From contig CAWJCS010000006.1 of assembly GCA_963841435.1 (NCBI GenBank), forward strand, positions 1,344,001-1,408,000: a stretch of DNA of 64,000 nucleotides, in the 5' to 3' direction. Below, one piece after another: positions 20,979 to 31,254 of this stretch. Both the position numbers and the translations under genes were made by a program. Numbering within the stretch: the first letter of the stretch is position 1; every line of letters begins with the position of its first letter. Source of the stretch: an uncultured delta proteobacterium (GTDB lineage: Bacteria > Myxococcota_A > Polyangia > Polyangiales > Polyangiaceae). The notes under the pieces were generated by a model. It ran no database searches. It saw only the letters and a program-made list of their open reading frames with translations, and was not told the DNA's origin.

Positions 20979-22196
20979 CTACTGATCCATCATCTTCTGT
21001 TGGATCTGCCAGTCGGGATCCGTGCAGAGCGTGCACGCGGGGCCGTAGAACCACGAGCGTAGTGCGGTGTCACCCATGAGGTGGACACGCATCCAGGCGG
21101 TGACCGCTACTTCCACGGGGCCCGGCGTGGTGCCACGGAACGTGATCCAGTTCGCGTGGTCGGCGGTCAGGTAGGTCGCGAGCATGACCGGCTGGTTCGA
21201 GATGCCATTGAATGCCGACATCACCGTGCTGCAAGGGACGGTCGTATCCATGCCGCCGCAGAACAGGAACGCCGGGCCGTGCAGGTTGCGCTGATTGCTG
21301 GCGCCGCAGAGGGGCGCGATCGAGAGAACGTGGCTGTCACCGCCCGCCGTGGTGGTGGCGAAGCCACCCTGCGAATGGCCGGTCGCGCCGACGTGCATCG
21401 TATCGATGTGTTGGTAGAGCGGGCTCGCCGGGTCGTCGTTCTGCTCGAGCACCCACGTCACACCCGCGACCATGGGGGGAGGATCTCCCTGGGCCACGTT
21501 GGGGCTGTCGGATGCGATGACGACGAAGCCGTGCGACGCGAGATGGTTGAGGAGCACCTTGTACAGGCTCGGATTCGAGCCTGTGCCGTTGCCCCACGTC
21601 ACGACGGGATGGCAGCGCCCGCCGTCGCCGAGCTCCATCGGGCGGAACATGGTGAAGGCGACGGGCGCACCGCCGTCCGCTCCTTGTCCAGCTTGGGGGC
21701 CCACGTTCGTTTCCGTGACCGTGGCGAACGGGCCCGCTGCCGCCGGGTCTGCCGCGGGCCAGCCGCCCACCGTGCACGAGCCGCCGCTTGCGCCTGCGGC
21801 TCCGGCGGAGCCACCGGACGCGACACTGCCGGACGCGCCGCCGCTCGATTCACTCGCTCCGGCGCCAGCGCTGCCGCTAGCCCCCGCGCCGGAGCCACCG
21901 CTCGAGGAACCGGACGCACCCGTTCCCGCGCTTCCGGACGATGCGCCCGCCGCTCCCGCGGAACCGCCCGTCTCCGTCGTGCCACCGGAGCCAGCCCCGA
22001 CGCCGCCGCTGCCGGCGACGCTTCCCCCCGTGCTTCCCGACATACCGGCCGTGACCCCCGCGGAGCCTGCCGAGCCGCCCGACCCTCCCGAACCGCCAGC
22101 TCCGGCAACCTTGTCTCCGGAGGTCCCGCAGGCCCCGATGCTCATGCTGAGGACAGCGGCGGCAACGATGGTGACTCGCACGGCTTGGGTTCTCAT
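20979..22196 (-). CDS. Alpha/beta hydrolase lipoprotein, cutinase/chlorophyllase-like
   Basis: Lipobox IGAC; WGNGTG; HLASHGFVV; GHSQGG; GGMDTTVP; ADH. Confidence 0.85.
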   Translation of the reverse strand: MRTQAVRVTIVAAAVLSMSIGACGTSGDKVAGAGGSGGSGGSAGSAGVTAGMSGSTGGSVAGSGGVGAGSGGTTETGGSAGAAGASSGSAGTGASGSSSGGSGAGASGSAGAGASESSGGASGSVASGGSAGAAGASGGSCTVGGWPAADPAAAGPFATVTETNVGPQAGQGADGGAPVAFTMFRPMELGDGGRCHPVVTWGNGTGSNPSLYKVLLNHLASHGFVVIASDSPNVAQGDPPPMVAGVTWVLEQNDDPASPLYQHIDTMHVGATGHSQGGFATTTAGGDSHVLSIAPLCGASNQRNLHGPAFLFCGGMDTTVPCSTVMSAFNGISNQPVMLATYLTADHANWITFRGTTPGPVEVAVTAWMRVHLMGDTALRSWFYGPACTLCTDPDWQIQQKMMDQ

Positions 22197-22326
22197 GGCT
22201 TCATCATGGTACCCGAGCCAGGCATCGACACTCAGGGAACGACCCGCTGGCCTCGAAGTGCGTCAGCGCGATAATTTTCAACCCGCTGCGGGGGCGCCGC
22301 GAGCGCGCTCGCCCGTGGCGTCGAGC

Positions 22327-23306
22327 CTAGCTCGGCGACAGCACGACATCGTCGATGCAGATGATCGTGGGCGGAGAGTGGCCTATCATGTCGAACGCGA
22401 TGCCGGCCTTCGAGTCGTTCACGGGGAAGGTGTACGAGAAGGTCGTGAGCGTGGCGGTCGGAGCGACCATGATTTGAAAATCCGTGGTGTAAGGCGACAC
22501 CGCCTGCCCGACTTTCGCGAGGATCGTCGCGTTGCCGGTGAGCGACATCTTGAAGGACAACGTGTAGTTGCCGGATAGCGGGATGGCGTCCGAGGAAAAT
22601 TGGGGCCAGCCGAGGATGATCCGCGAGTCGGTCGTCAGGAACTGCCCGCACCAGACACCGTCGGTGATCGTGTAATTGGCAGTCGCCCCGTTGGTGTTCC
22701 ACGACACGATGCCGTCGGAGAAATCGCCGTTCGTGATCAGGTTGGTGCCGCCGCTCCCGCCCGCCGCACCACCCGTGCCGGTTCCAGAGGTGCCACCCAG
22801 GGAACCTCCTGCATCGCCTCCCATACCGCCGCCGGTGTCCCCGCTGCTCCCTCCGGCGCCGCCGCCGCCGTCGGCGCCGCCGACGCCACCCGAGCCACCG
22901 GCGCTCACTCCGCCGGCATCTCCCGACCCGCCATCGCCTCCGGTCGAGCCCGTGCCGCCGTTGCCGCCGGTCGCGCTCGCGCCTCCATTCCCGCCGGTCG
23001 CGCTTGCGCCGCCGCGTTGCCGCCGTTGCCGCCGGTCATGCTAGCGCCGCCGCTGCCGCCCGTGGTGCTCGAGCCGCCGTCGCCACCCGTGGCGCTCGAG
23101 CCGTCCTCGCCGGCCATGGATCCACCAACGCTCGACCCTGCACTGCCCCCGAGGGTGCCGTCCGCACCGGCGTTCGACTCACCCCCATTCGAATCGCGAA
23201 AATCGTCGTCGTCGTCGGGCCGCTTGTTGCTCCCACAAGCACCTGCCGCCATCAGTGCCACCGTGCAGCCGATGGGCACCCACACCGCGAAGAGCCTCGA
23301 AGCCAT
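22327..23306 (-). pseudogene. Lipoprotein with Gly-rich linker and C-terminal carbohydrate-binding (CBM4/9-like) domain, frameshifted near 23015
   Basis: Lipobox AGAC in ORF 22905..23306; NLITNGDFSDG...IDDVVL in ORF 22327..22908; linker reads AAC GC GGC (one G missing). Confidence 0.7.
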
Positions 23307-23357
23307 CGCTCAATTATCGCCCAGGCAGAACATCGGGGCCAGATCGGGTGCGCTGCG

Positions 23358-23834
23358 CTACGTCAACGATTGCAGGAGCCGCTCGAGGTACTCGGCGGCG
23401 CCCGGATCGCCTTCGCGCGGCGCCCAGGGCGCGAACTCCTTGTCGGTGCTCGGTTGCCAGGGACCGGGTTTCACCTCGAAGCAGACCGCGGTGTCGCTGA
23501 GGGCCGCGACGGTGTGCCAGAGCCCGGGCTCGATGTCGATTCCGATGACGCCGCCGTCTCCGAGCACGTTCGCTTCGACGATGCCCCCCGCGTCATCGAA
23601 CAGAAAGAATACGACCTGGCCTCGCAAGGCCACGAAGCTTTCGGATTTCGGCGGGTCCGAGTGGCGATGAGGTGCGCAATAAGTGCCTCGCGCGAACGCA
23701 TTCAGAAAGCGATGCGGGTTGTCCTCGAGACTCCGGTGAAAATTGTGGTTCTGTCGGAGCCGGGGCGAGCTGAGCGCCCGCTCGACGACCCCGTCGAGCA
23801 ACGACTGATCGATGAGCTGGACGTTGCGCGACAT
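23358..23834 (-). CDS. WbuC-family cupin metalloprotein
   Basis: SPRLRQNHNFH, APHRH, WHTV, FEVKPGP, FAPWAPREG. Confidence 0.88.
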   Translation of the reverse strand: MSRNVQLIDQSLLDGVVERALSSPRLRQNHNFHRSLEDNPHRFLNAFARGTYCAPHRHSDPPKSESFVALRGQVVFFLFDDAGGIVEANVLGDGGVIGIDIEPGLWHTVAALSDTAVCFEVKPGPWQPSTDKEFAPWAPREGDPGAAEYLERLLQSLT

Positions 23835-23982
23835 CCCGCCAACGCTACCAGAATGTGCTTGGAAAGGAGGTCGCGCCGTCGTTCGGGTGGCGAAAGTCGC
23901 GGTGGACGCGGGCGGCGGTGGGGGTGCTCGTGCCACTGGGAGAGCGTGGCGACCTCGGTGGGGCCGTGATATCCTGTTGCGA

Positions 23983-24387
23983 ATGGTGGGTCTTTTGCCG
24001 TGCAGCGCTTGCGCACGTCACGTACGGCGCAACGAGCCGAGCTGCCCTTTCTGTGGAGCTTCGCTCGACTTCGGTGCGGCGGAGCCGACGCTCGTGCCCG
24101 CGCGGGGATCGAGCCGGGAAGAAGTGCTCGGGTTTGCGGGGCGCAAGCGCTGGGTCGCGTTGACGGCGTCGAGCGCGATGGTCGCGTGCTTCAGCGCGAC
24201 CCCCGTTTACGGCGCACCGGCTGATCCCAACTTCACGGGCTCCGGCGCGACGGGCGGTACGCCGGCCGCCGGCGGAGGCGGCAACACGACGGCGACGGGC
24301 GGTGGCTCGGGGAGTGCAGGGCTCGGAGGACAGGCGGCGGCAGGGGAGGGCGGCTTGGGCGGCGAAGGCGGCGAAGGCGGTCGCTGA
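23983..24387 (+). CDS. Myxobacterial Zn-ribbon/signal/YGxP protein
   Basis: LLPCSACARHVRRNEPSCPFCG, hydrophobic stretch ending VAC, PVYGAP, Gly-rich tail. Confidence 0.7.
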   Translation: MVGLLPCSACARHVRRNEPSCPFCGASLDFGAAEPTLVPARGSSREEVLGFAGRKRWVALTASSAMVACFSATPVYGAPADPNFTGSGATGGTPAAGGGGNTTATGGGSGSAGLGGQAAAGEGGLGGEGGEGGR

Positions 24388-24412
24388 GTCGCGAGCCGGC
24401 GCTCCGTTCGGA

Positions 24413-25498
24413 TCAGTAGAACGCCTCGCATGCGTCGGCCCCGGCGCCGCCCGCACCGGCGGCGCCGATGCCAGGTGCGAAAGCCGCGCCGTCGGTGCAC
24501 GGATAGCACTTTGCCGTCGCCGTGCAGCCCCTCTGCGGTTGCTCTCCTGCCTCGTAGCTCCACGCATAGCAGGGTCCGAAGGCAACATCGTCCGAAGCTC
24601 GAACGCCGATGAGCTCTTTGCTTTCGGCGCCGAACACGTAGGCGAGCTCCGAAAAAGACCACTCTTGCTCGACGACGATCTGCCCGCAGGCCTCGTAGGC
24701 GTCAACCGTTTGGAAGGTTCCGCACGTGGTCGTGAACTCGTCGACGGCTTCGGCGATCGTCGTCGGGCAAGCTTCGAACGTACAGTATTCCTCGAGGGTG
24801 ATCGTCACCGAGTCGTCGGGTACATCGCTGGGCACGCAGCTCAGGCACGCGGGCGGCGGCGTTCCCGCGCCGAACGTCGAATCGCCGCACACGGTGCACG
24901 GATCGAAGCGTGTTCCCATCGGGTTCGTCCCAGCCGTGATGTCGCCTTGGTCGTTCGCGCCCGAGAGGTCGCACGCCTCCGACAAGAGGTGCGACACGTA
25001 CCCCGACGCCGAAGCGTAGACGGGCCGTCCTTCGTAGTCGACCACGAGCCGGTACAGGTTCTCTCCTCCCTCACTCCACTCGTACACGAGGCCACCCGCG
25101 TACGTGTGCGTGAGCTCGACGTAGTCGAGGTCGTTCGAGCAATCGGTGGGGACGGGCATGCGCGCGGCGAGCTCATCGATCCCGAGCGTGCAGGAGAACT
25201 GGGCGCCGCCCTCGAGCACCCGGCACTCGCAGCTCGACGGCGACCCGGCATCGCCGCCAGTCGCTCCCGAGCCCGTTCCTCCGCTGCTGCCTCCCTGTGC
25301 CGCCGCACCGCCGCTGCCACCCGCGCCCCCGCGCCCCGCGGTCGAGGTGCCGCCGCCACCGCCCGTGCCGCCGGTCGCCCCTTGGCCGTGCCCGGCTTGC
25401 CCGTGCGTGATCGTCATGCTCTCCCCGCCGCAGCTCTGAAAGAGCAGGCTGCCCCCGGCCACCAGCGTCACCCACACCAACCTGCGTGCACCCTGCAT
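24413..25498 (-). CDS. Cys-rich lipoprotein, hypothetical
   Basis: FQSC lipobox-like, Gly linker, Cys-rich acidic domain. Confidence 0.7.
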   Translation of the reverse strand: MQGARRLVWVTLVAGGSLLFQSCGGESMTITHGQAGHGQGATGGTGGGGGTSTAGRGGAGGSGGAAAQGGSSGGTGSGATGGDAGSPSSCECRVLEGGAQFSCTLGIDELAARMPVPTDCSNDLDYVELTHTYAGGLVYEWSEGGENLYRLVVDYEGRPVYASASGYVSHLLSEACDLSGANDQGDITAGTNPMGTRFDPCTVCGDSTFGAGTPPPACLSCVPSDVPDDSVTITLEEYCTFEACPTTIAEAVDEFTTTCGTFQTVDAYEACGQIVVEQEWSFSELAYVFGAESKELIGVRASDDVAFGPCYAWSYEAGEQPQRGCTATAKCYPCTDGAAFAPGIGAAGAGGAGADACEAFY

Positions 25499-25553
25499 CT
25501 GCTCCTCCGCTCCCTCGCCCAAGCTTGCTCTGGGCTCGGGGTGCACGCTAGGA

Positions 25554-26204
25554 CTAACGACTCGAGCGCGCGGCGCGTCGGCGCGTGTAGCGTCGCGCGA
25601 GGGCCGTGAGAGCGAGGAGCGCCGCCATGCCGGGCCAGATCCGATTGCGCGAGCGTAGCGTGCGCACGGCGCAACCGCCCTCGTCGCCCCCGTCCCGAGC
25701 GTGCACGGGCGCGGACGGCTCGCTTTCGTTGCCGGCGTCGTCGACGGCGACGAGCTCGAACACGGCGTCGAACGCCTTCTGGTCGCTGGGGCCCGGATCC
25801 GGAAAGCTGACGAACAATAGCCCACCCTCGAGCGGGACGAGCGCTTGCTCGGGCGCCGAAAACCCCGGTGGCGGTTTCCCGCCCACGAGATGGATCAGGT
25901 ACCCGAGCTGCTTCGCGGGCGTGCGGTCGTCCTGGCCCGGCTCGATCATGAAGTGGATCGAGCCGGACCCGTCGCAGCTGCTCGCTGCCGTCGCCACGCA
26001 ACCCGTGGTTCGTGGGCCGAAGCTGCGGCTCACGCCGGTGGTCACGACGGGCGGCTCGGGCGGTGTCACGTCGACCCCGACCTCCGAGGGCAAGATCTGG
26101 TGCACGTTGGGCCCCGATTCCGAGCACGCGCGCGCCGTCCCCGAAAATCGGAGCAAACAGAGCGCTCCGAGCAGCGTCCCGACGAATGCCCGCGCCACCA
26201 GCAT
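25554..26204 (-). CDS. Secreted protein with MYXO-CTERM-like tail
   Basis: Signal ending ARA-C; VAVDDAGNESEP; GGCAV + TM + Arg tail. Confidence 0.7.
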   Translation of the reverse strand: MLVARAFVGTLLGALCLLRFSGTARACSESGPNVHQILPSEVGVDVTPPEPPVVTTGVSRSFGPRTTGCVATAASSCDGSGSIHFMIEPGQDDRTPAKQLGYLIHLVGGKPPPGFSAPEQALVPLEGGLLFVSFPDPGPSDQKAFDAVFELVAVDDAGNESEPSAPVHARDGGDEGGCAVRTLRSRNRIWPGMAALLALTALARRYTRRRAARSSR

Positions 26205-26291
26205 GGCGGTCACGCTACTCCGGGAGTCGGCTCGTTGCCACGCCGACCTTGGAGATGGACAAGCGCTGTCGTGAGCGGCAGAATCTCCCTC

Positions 26292-27552
26292 ATGCATGGG
26301 TTGGGTCGTGGGAGGACCTGGGCTCCGTTGGTCGGCTCGCTGGCGTTCGGTGTGCTTGCGGCATGCGGCAGCAACGAGTCGGATGACGTGCCGAACGCGG
26401 CATCGGGCGGCAGCGGCGGGGGCGCCGGCACCTCGGGCTCGAGCGGGTCGGGTGTCGGTGGCGCGGCAGGCATCGGCGGCACGAGCGCCGGACAAGGCGG
26501 TGCCGCAACCGGCGGAATCCGGCGGAAATGCCGGCTCCAGCGGCGCGGGGGCCGCGGGCTCCGCGGGCACGGCAGGCCTGCCGATCGATCCTCAGCCGAC
26601 CTGCCCGTCGCCCGCCGTTGCGTGCAACGGCGCGTGTTTGGATCCGGGCGCTTCGGCGGGCGGCTGCACGTACCTCACGCAGGTGCAGCCGCTCGACGGG
26701 CTTGCCGCGAGCGACGGGGACGCGTTCGCGTCACTCGGTTTTCCGTTCGTTATCGGCGGGGAGACGCCACCCACGGGGCTCTATCGCATCGACGGGCAGT
26801 CGCTCGAGCTATTGCCTCTCGACACGACGATGGCGAGCGGGGCCACCCTGGTCGTGGTGGCAAGCGGAACCTCCTACTACATGAAACCTGGCACGTTTAC
26901 GGACGGGTTCATCCGCTCGGTCTCGACGAGCGGCGGCGATCCGAACGAGATCCTCACCGACATTCAGGACGGACGCGGCCTCTGGGTGCGGGGAGATCGG
27001 CTCTATTTTGCCGCCGCGCTGGATGCCGCCGCCCAAACCGACGTCTATTGGCTGCCGCTCGACGGCGCCGGCGACCCCGAGCCGACGGCACTCGTCAACA
27101 TTTCTCGGGGCAGGATGAACCGCGATGCTCTCGTGACGAGCTTCAACGGCAACATCGATACGGCGCCGTTGCCCGATCTGACCCCGAGAACTCGCGTGAT
27201 GGGCGACTTCGCGCTCCCCGACGGTCGTTGGTGGATCGACGACGACTACGTGTACTGGGTCGAGGACGGGAGCTACGAGCGGTCGCTGCTCACCGCGGTC
27301 GGGGCCACGGCGGAAGATGGCGAGCTCGTCACGACGCTTCCTCCCGAATTGAGCATCGACGCCGACGCAGGTCCCGAGCTTCTCTTGTCGGCCAGCCAAG
27401 CGACGGCGGTCGGCATCTTCACGATGCCCGTCTCGGGTGGGAGCCCCGAGCACGTCGGCACGCTCGGCAGCATGGGAGCCAAACCCGTCACCGCCGACGC
27501 GAGCTACGTGTATGTCGATACAGGTAGGGCGCTCATCAGGCTCGACCGGTAG
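26292..27552 (+). pseudogene. Lipoprotein with Gly linker and beta-propeller-like domain, frameshifted near 26517
   Basis: Lipobox LAAC in frame from ATG 26292; GGC GGA A TCC GGC has one extra A; C-terminal repeats (DRLYF, DDDYVYW, DASYVY). Confidence 0.7.
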
Positions 27553-27570
27553 CGCGTGCCCGCGGGCCCT

Positions 27571-27768
27571 TCAACGCCCGGTGTAGAGGATGCGCAGGCA
27601 TCGATCGCGTGACCACTTGGTATTCCGCTCCAAGCAGCGCTCGTAGGTGCGGGCCCATTGGTACCTGTCGAGCTTCGACGTCGGCGGCTTCGGCGGCACG
27701 GGACAGGCGTCGGCGGCGAGCGCCGGCAAGGCGAACGACAGAACCATCAGGGCGAGGGCGAGGCGCAT
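27571..27768 (-). CDS. Small secreted protein
   Basis: Signal peptide MRLALALMVLSFALPALA, 65 aa, three Cys. Confidence 0.55.
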   Translation of the reverse strand: MRLALALMVLSFALPALAADACPVPPKPPTSKLDRYQWARTYERCLERNTKWSRDRCLRILYTGR

Positions 27769-27854
27769 GCCCCGGAGAATACCTCAACGCGTTTCGGCGG
27801 TCGCGCGCGTCGCCTCGTCGGGCGCCCCTGCGGCACGTCGTGGTACTATTGTCC

Positions 27855-28772
27855 GTGCTCGCGTCGGTAGGACTTCGCGCCGTGGTCTTCGCGAGCGCTC
27901 TTTTCGCCTGGGGGTGCTCCGGTTCGGACGAGGGCAATGCGATCGTCAATGCGCACATCGCCTCGGCCGGCACCGACGAAACGTACGTCGCAGGCTACGA
28001 CGGGCTCGACCGAGGGTTCGTCAAGCACCTCGAGAACGGCGGTTGGGCGACCGTGTTCGAGACGCACGCCCCGCTCGACGGCGTGTGGGCGTTCGGGTCG
28101 GGGGCCGTCGTCGCGGTCGGCAGCTCGGGCGAGGTGGCCGTTCGCTCGGACGGCGCGTGGTCGAGCGAGCTCGTATCGAGTGACGCGGTCCTGACGGCCG
28201 TGTGGGGCTCGGCGCCCGACGAAGTGCTCGCGGTGGGGCTCGGCGGCGCCGTGTTTCGCTTCGACGGCTCCGCGTGGCGCGCCGAAGAGGTGCCGACGAC
28301 CGCCAACCTGCGCGGGATTTGGGGAAGCGGCGCCGACGACGTGTTCGTCGTGGGCGAGCGGGGAATGATCATGCGCTTCGATGGCTCCGGCTGGCGACTC
28401 GTCGAAAGTGGCACCACCGAGGACTTGAATGCGGTGTGGGGGGTGGATTCGACGCACGTCTTCGCGGTCGGGGGATCGGAGCTGACGCGTCGGCACGTCG
28501 TTCTGCGGTTCGACGGCGCCGCGTGGAACGTCGAGCGTACGGGGGCCCCGCACGCCTTGCTCGGCGTGGGTGGCACCGCCGCCAACGACGTGGTCGCCGT
28601 CGGAGCCGCTCGAAAGGGCGACGACATCACGTCCGCCCTGCTGCGGTTCGACGGCAGCGCCTGGCGAGTCACCGAGCCGGACTTGCACGAGTTTTTATGG
28701 GACGTGCTCGCGCTTCCGGGCGGCGACTGCATCGTCGTGGGGCCCGGCGACACGCTCACCTCCGTTCGGTGA
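27855..28772 (+). CDS. Beta-propeller repeat lipoprotein (VWGS/RFDG repeats; start uncertain)
   Basis: AWGC lipobox; repeated LxxVWGS...V.AVG..G...RFDGxxW. Confidence 0.8.
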   Translation: MLASVGLRAVVFASALFAWGCSGSDEGNAIVNAHIASAGTDETYVAGYDGLDRGFVKHLENGGWATVFETHAPLDGVWAFGSGAVVAVGSSGEVAVRSDGAWSSELVSSDAVLTAVWGSAPDEVLAVGLGGAVFRFDGSAWRAEEVPTTANLRGIWGSGADDVFVVGERGMIMRFDGSGWRLVESGTTEDLNAVWGVDSTHVFAVGGSELTRRHVVLRFDGAAWNVERTGAPHALLGVGGTAANDVVAVGAARKGDDITSALLRFDGSAWRVTEPDLHEFLWDVLALPGGDCIVVGPGDTLTSVR

Positions 28773-28824
28773 CGGCGTCGAGCCCCGAGCTCTTGCTGAT
28801 GCGTAGCCAGGGAACGCGCCCTCG

Positions 28825-29511
28825 TCAGAGGACCAGCACATAGCCGGCACGGACGAAAAGCTCCCAGGTCGAGAATCGGTAGGACTCGCGAGCGTCGAAG
28901 GCGGGCTGGTCGGGGACGTAGGCATGGCGCTCGAGCCATAGCCAGGCGTGGCTCACGTTGACCCCCACGAAGGCACCGAGGTACTTTCGGGGCATGAATC
29001 GGCCCGATAGGCCGGCGCCCAGATGAAATCCGAGGCCCGGCGGATAGTCCTCGTGGAAGGTTCGGTGCGACGGAGGGTCGAGCAGTCCGAGCGATGGGCC
29101 GAGGTCCACGCCGAAGCACGCCTCGATACGGTGGTCGTCGTCCGTCCAACGTCGGATCTCGGGCCCGATCGCCAGGTCGAAGCGCGTGCGGCCCTCATCG
29201 GCCAGGACGGACCAGTCGTCACGCCAGGTGCGGTAGCGGAGCGCCGCGACGAGGGCAAAGCTGCTCTCGCCGAGCGGATGGGAGTAGCCGAGCGACGCCC
29301 CCCATCCTCCCGAAGATCCTTGGGAGCCCCATTCGTCGCCGGCGATCGACAGGGTGTTGTACGTGGTCCCGAAGGCCCCGCCCAACAGAACCTGAGGTCG
29401 ATGCGGCGGGCCGCTCGACGCCGGGTCCTGCTGCGCAGCGGCGTGGCTCGTGTGCACGAGCGCAGCGAGCGCAACCGGGGCGATGGCGTGCGGCTTCAAT
29501 GAGGCGCGCAA
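28825..29511 (-). CDS. Outer-membrane beta-barrel-like protein
   Basis: Signal peptide, amphipathic strands, C-terminal VRAGYVLVL. Confidence 0.6.
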   Translation of the reverse strand: MRASLKPHAIAPVALAALVHTSHAAAQQDPASSGPPHRPQVLLGGAFGTTYNTLSIAGDEWGSQGSSGGWGASLGYSHPLGESSFALVAALRYRTWRDDWSVLADEGRTRFDLAIGPEIRRWTDDDHRIEACFGVDLGPSLGLLDPPSHRTFHEDYPPGLGFHLGAGLSGRFMPRKYLGAFVGVNVSHAWLWLERHAYVPDQPAFDARESYRFSTWELFVRAGYVLVL

Positions 29512-30413
29512 GCTCCCTTCGGCAGCGGACGCTCATAGTCCCAGGTCGTCGTGATCGGAGCCGGGTTGACGTAGAGCCGGTCACCCACGTCGTACAAAAA
29601 GGCGGTGGATTCGTCGTTCTGGTAGAAATGGTTGTCGTCCCCGGGCCAGTACACGACGACGGGGTCGAGGCCGGGAGCCGACAGCACGAGGGCACCGCAG
29701 TCTTCGCTCGCACTGATCGCCGTCCCTTTCCAGGGCTCGACGACAGCGCACGTGCCTGCGACGAAGTCCATACCCGAGAGCGCGGCTCTCGGATCGGCCT
29801 CCGCGGCCAGGCAGTCGATCGGCTCTGCCGGAACGTACCGCTCGATGACGATTGTCTCGCGCGTGTGGTTCATGAGGATCGGCAAGGCCGATTCACCGTC
29901 CTCCGGGATAGCCGTCGTGGCGACGCACGCCAATCCTCCGAGGGCGACCCCCATCCGGTCGTTCCACGTGGCTCGAGGGGACATGGTCCCGCCGCGCGGC
30001 GCGGCACTCATCAAACGAAACGCGACCGGCAGAACCGCGAGCGCCGTGAGATCGCTCGGGTCGCACCAGACGCGCGCCCGGATGCCCAGCGCCCCGAATA
30101 GCGCCTCCGCCGCATCGGCGGCTGGCCGGCTGAGCTGAATGAGCGAAAATCCGGCGGCCACGCTGCCGAGGATCGCGAGCCGCCCCGCATCGGTCCGTGC
30201 GCGGAGCGATGCCGCAAGGAGCAAGGGCAACACCAAGAGCCCCGCAAAGTCACTCAGCTTCCCGGTGAGCCACCCCGGCAGCCAGCCGCCGCCCTTGAGC
30301 ACGTGATCGTTCACGAGCAAGACCGCGAGCGAAATCCAGAACGGCGCCCCGAGACTCGAGGATGCGACCGACCCAACCCAGCGTAAGCGCTTGGAGTCGT
30401 TCGGCATGGCCAC
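29496..30413 (-). CDS. Conserved membrane protein (NDHxLK...TGKLSDFAG family)
   Basis: LLVNDHVLK, WLTGKLSDFAGL, DPSDL motifs. Confidence 0.75.
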   Translation of the reverse strand: MAMPNDSKRLRWVGSVASSSLGAPFWISLAVLLVNDHVLKGGGWLPGWLTGKLSDFAGLLVLPLLLAASLRARTDAGRLAILGSVAAGFSLIQLSRPAADAAEALFGALGIRARVWCDPSDLTALAVLPVAFRLMSAAPRGGTMSPRATWNDRMGVALGGLACVATTAIPEDGESALPILMNHTRETIVIERYVPAEPIDCLAAEADPRAALSGMDFVAGTCAVVEPWKGTAISASEDCGALVLSAPGLDPVVVYWPGDDNHFYQNDESTAFLYDVGDRLYVNPAPITTTWDYERPLPKGACAPH

Positions 30414-31067
30414 TCAGGGAAACGCGAGCGTCGCGACCGTGAGCTCGTCCCGTTGGTCGGGTGCTGCGCTCGGATGACCCGAGAAGCGCAGGATGCCGCT
30501 CGTCGGCGCGTCGGCGCCTTGCTCCCAGTCGAGGGCGACCACGAGCGACGAGTCGGCGTACGCTTCGACGTCGATGGGCAGATGCGACGCTACGTCGCCT
30601 TGCCATGTCCAGTCCGGCATGCCCGAAGGAGTCACGGCAGGCGGGGGATTCGCCGCGGGGCCTTCGGGTAGCGTGGCGTCGAGGATCGCTGAAACTTGCT
30701 CGTCGAGGCCACCATCGTCCGTCTGCAATGTGACGGTGCCGTAGGCGTAGACCCCCGGCACGCCGTTGCACGACCCAAAGATCGCCGGATCGTCGTCGTC
30801 GGCGACGGTCAGCGTGAGACCGGTCGTGCTGCCGGAAGCCCAGGTGAGGCTACCCTCGAAGGTTCCAAAGTACGGCGCGAGCAGCGCTTGCGCGTCGTGG
30901 CCGCGATAGCTTGCCCCAGGCTCGAGCGGGTGCTGCGTGCCATCGCAAGGTGGGGAAGACGAGCTTTCCTGTTCCGCGAGCGGGCAGGCGCTCAGCAAGG
31001 CGAGTGGCAACGCGAGGAGGACGAAACGGAACATCCGCACCGATCCATGCCAGCGTCTGATCGTCAT
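30414..31067 (-). CDS. Hypothetical lipoprotein
   Basis: LLALPLALLSAC lipobox; stop abuts next gene. Confidence 0.65.
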   Translation of the reverse strand: MTIRRWHGSVRMFRFVLLALPLALLSACPLAEQESSSSPPCDGTQHPLEPGASYRGHDAQALLAPYFGTFEGSLTWASGSTTGLTLTVADDDDPAIFGSCNGVPGVYAYGTVTLQTDDGGLDEQVSAILDATLPEGPAANPPPAVTPSGMPDWTWQGDVASHLPIDVEAYADSSLVVALDWEQGADAPTSGILRFSGHPSAAPDQRDELTVATLAFP

Positions 31068-31254
31068 GGGCCCTCGAGCAAGCAACGGCCGTGCCTGTCC
31101 GTTCCTCGGGCAGAAGTCACCAACGGCAGGCTCCGCCGTGACATTCGGATCAGCCGGCTGGTCCGGCCCGCGTTCCGGTGCCGACTCCTCCGACCCCGGT
31201 GAAATGGCGCTGTTTGGGGCCTGCGGAAACCCTTTCCCAACGTAGGATGCGCCC

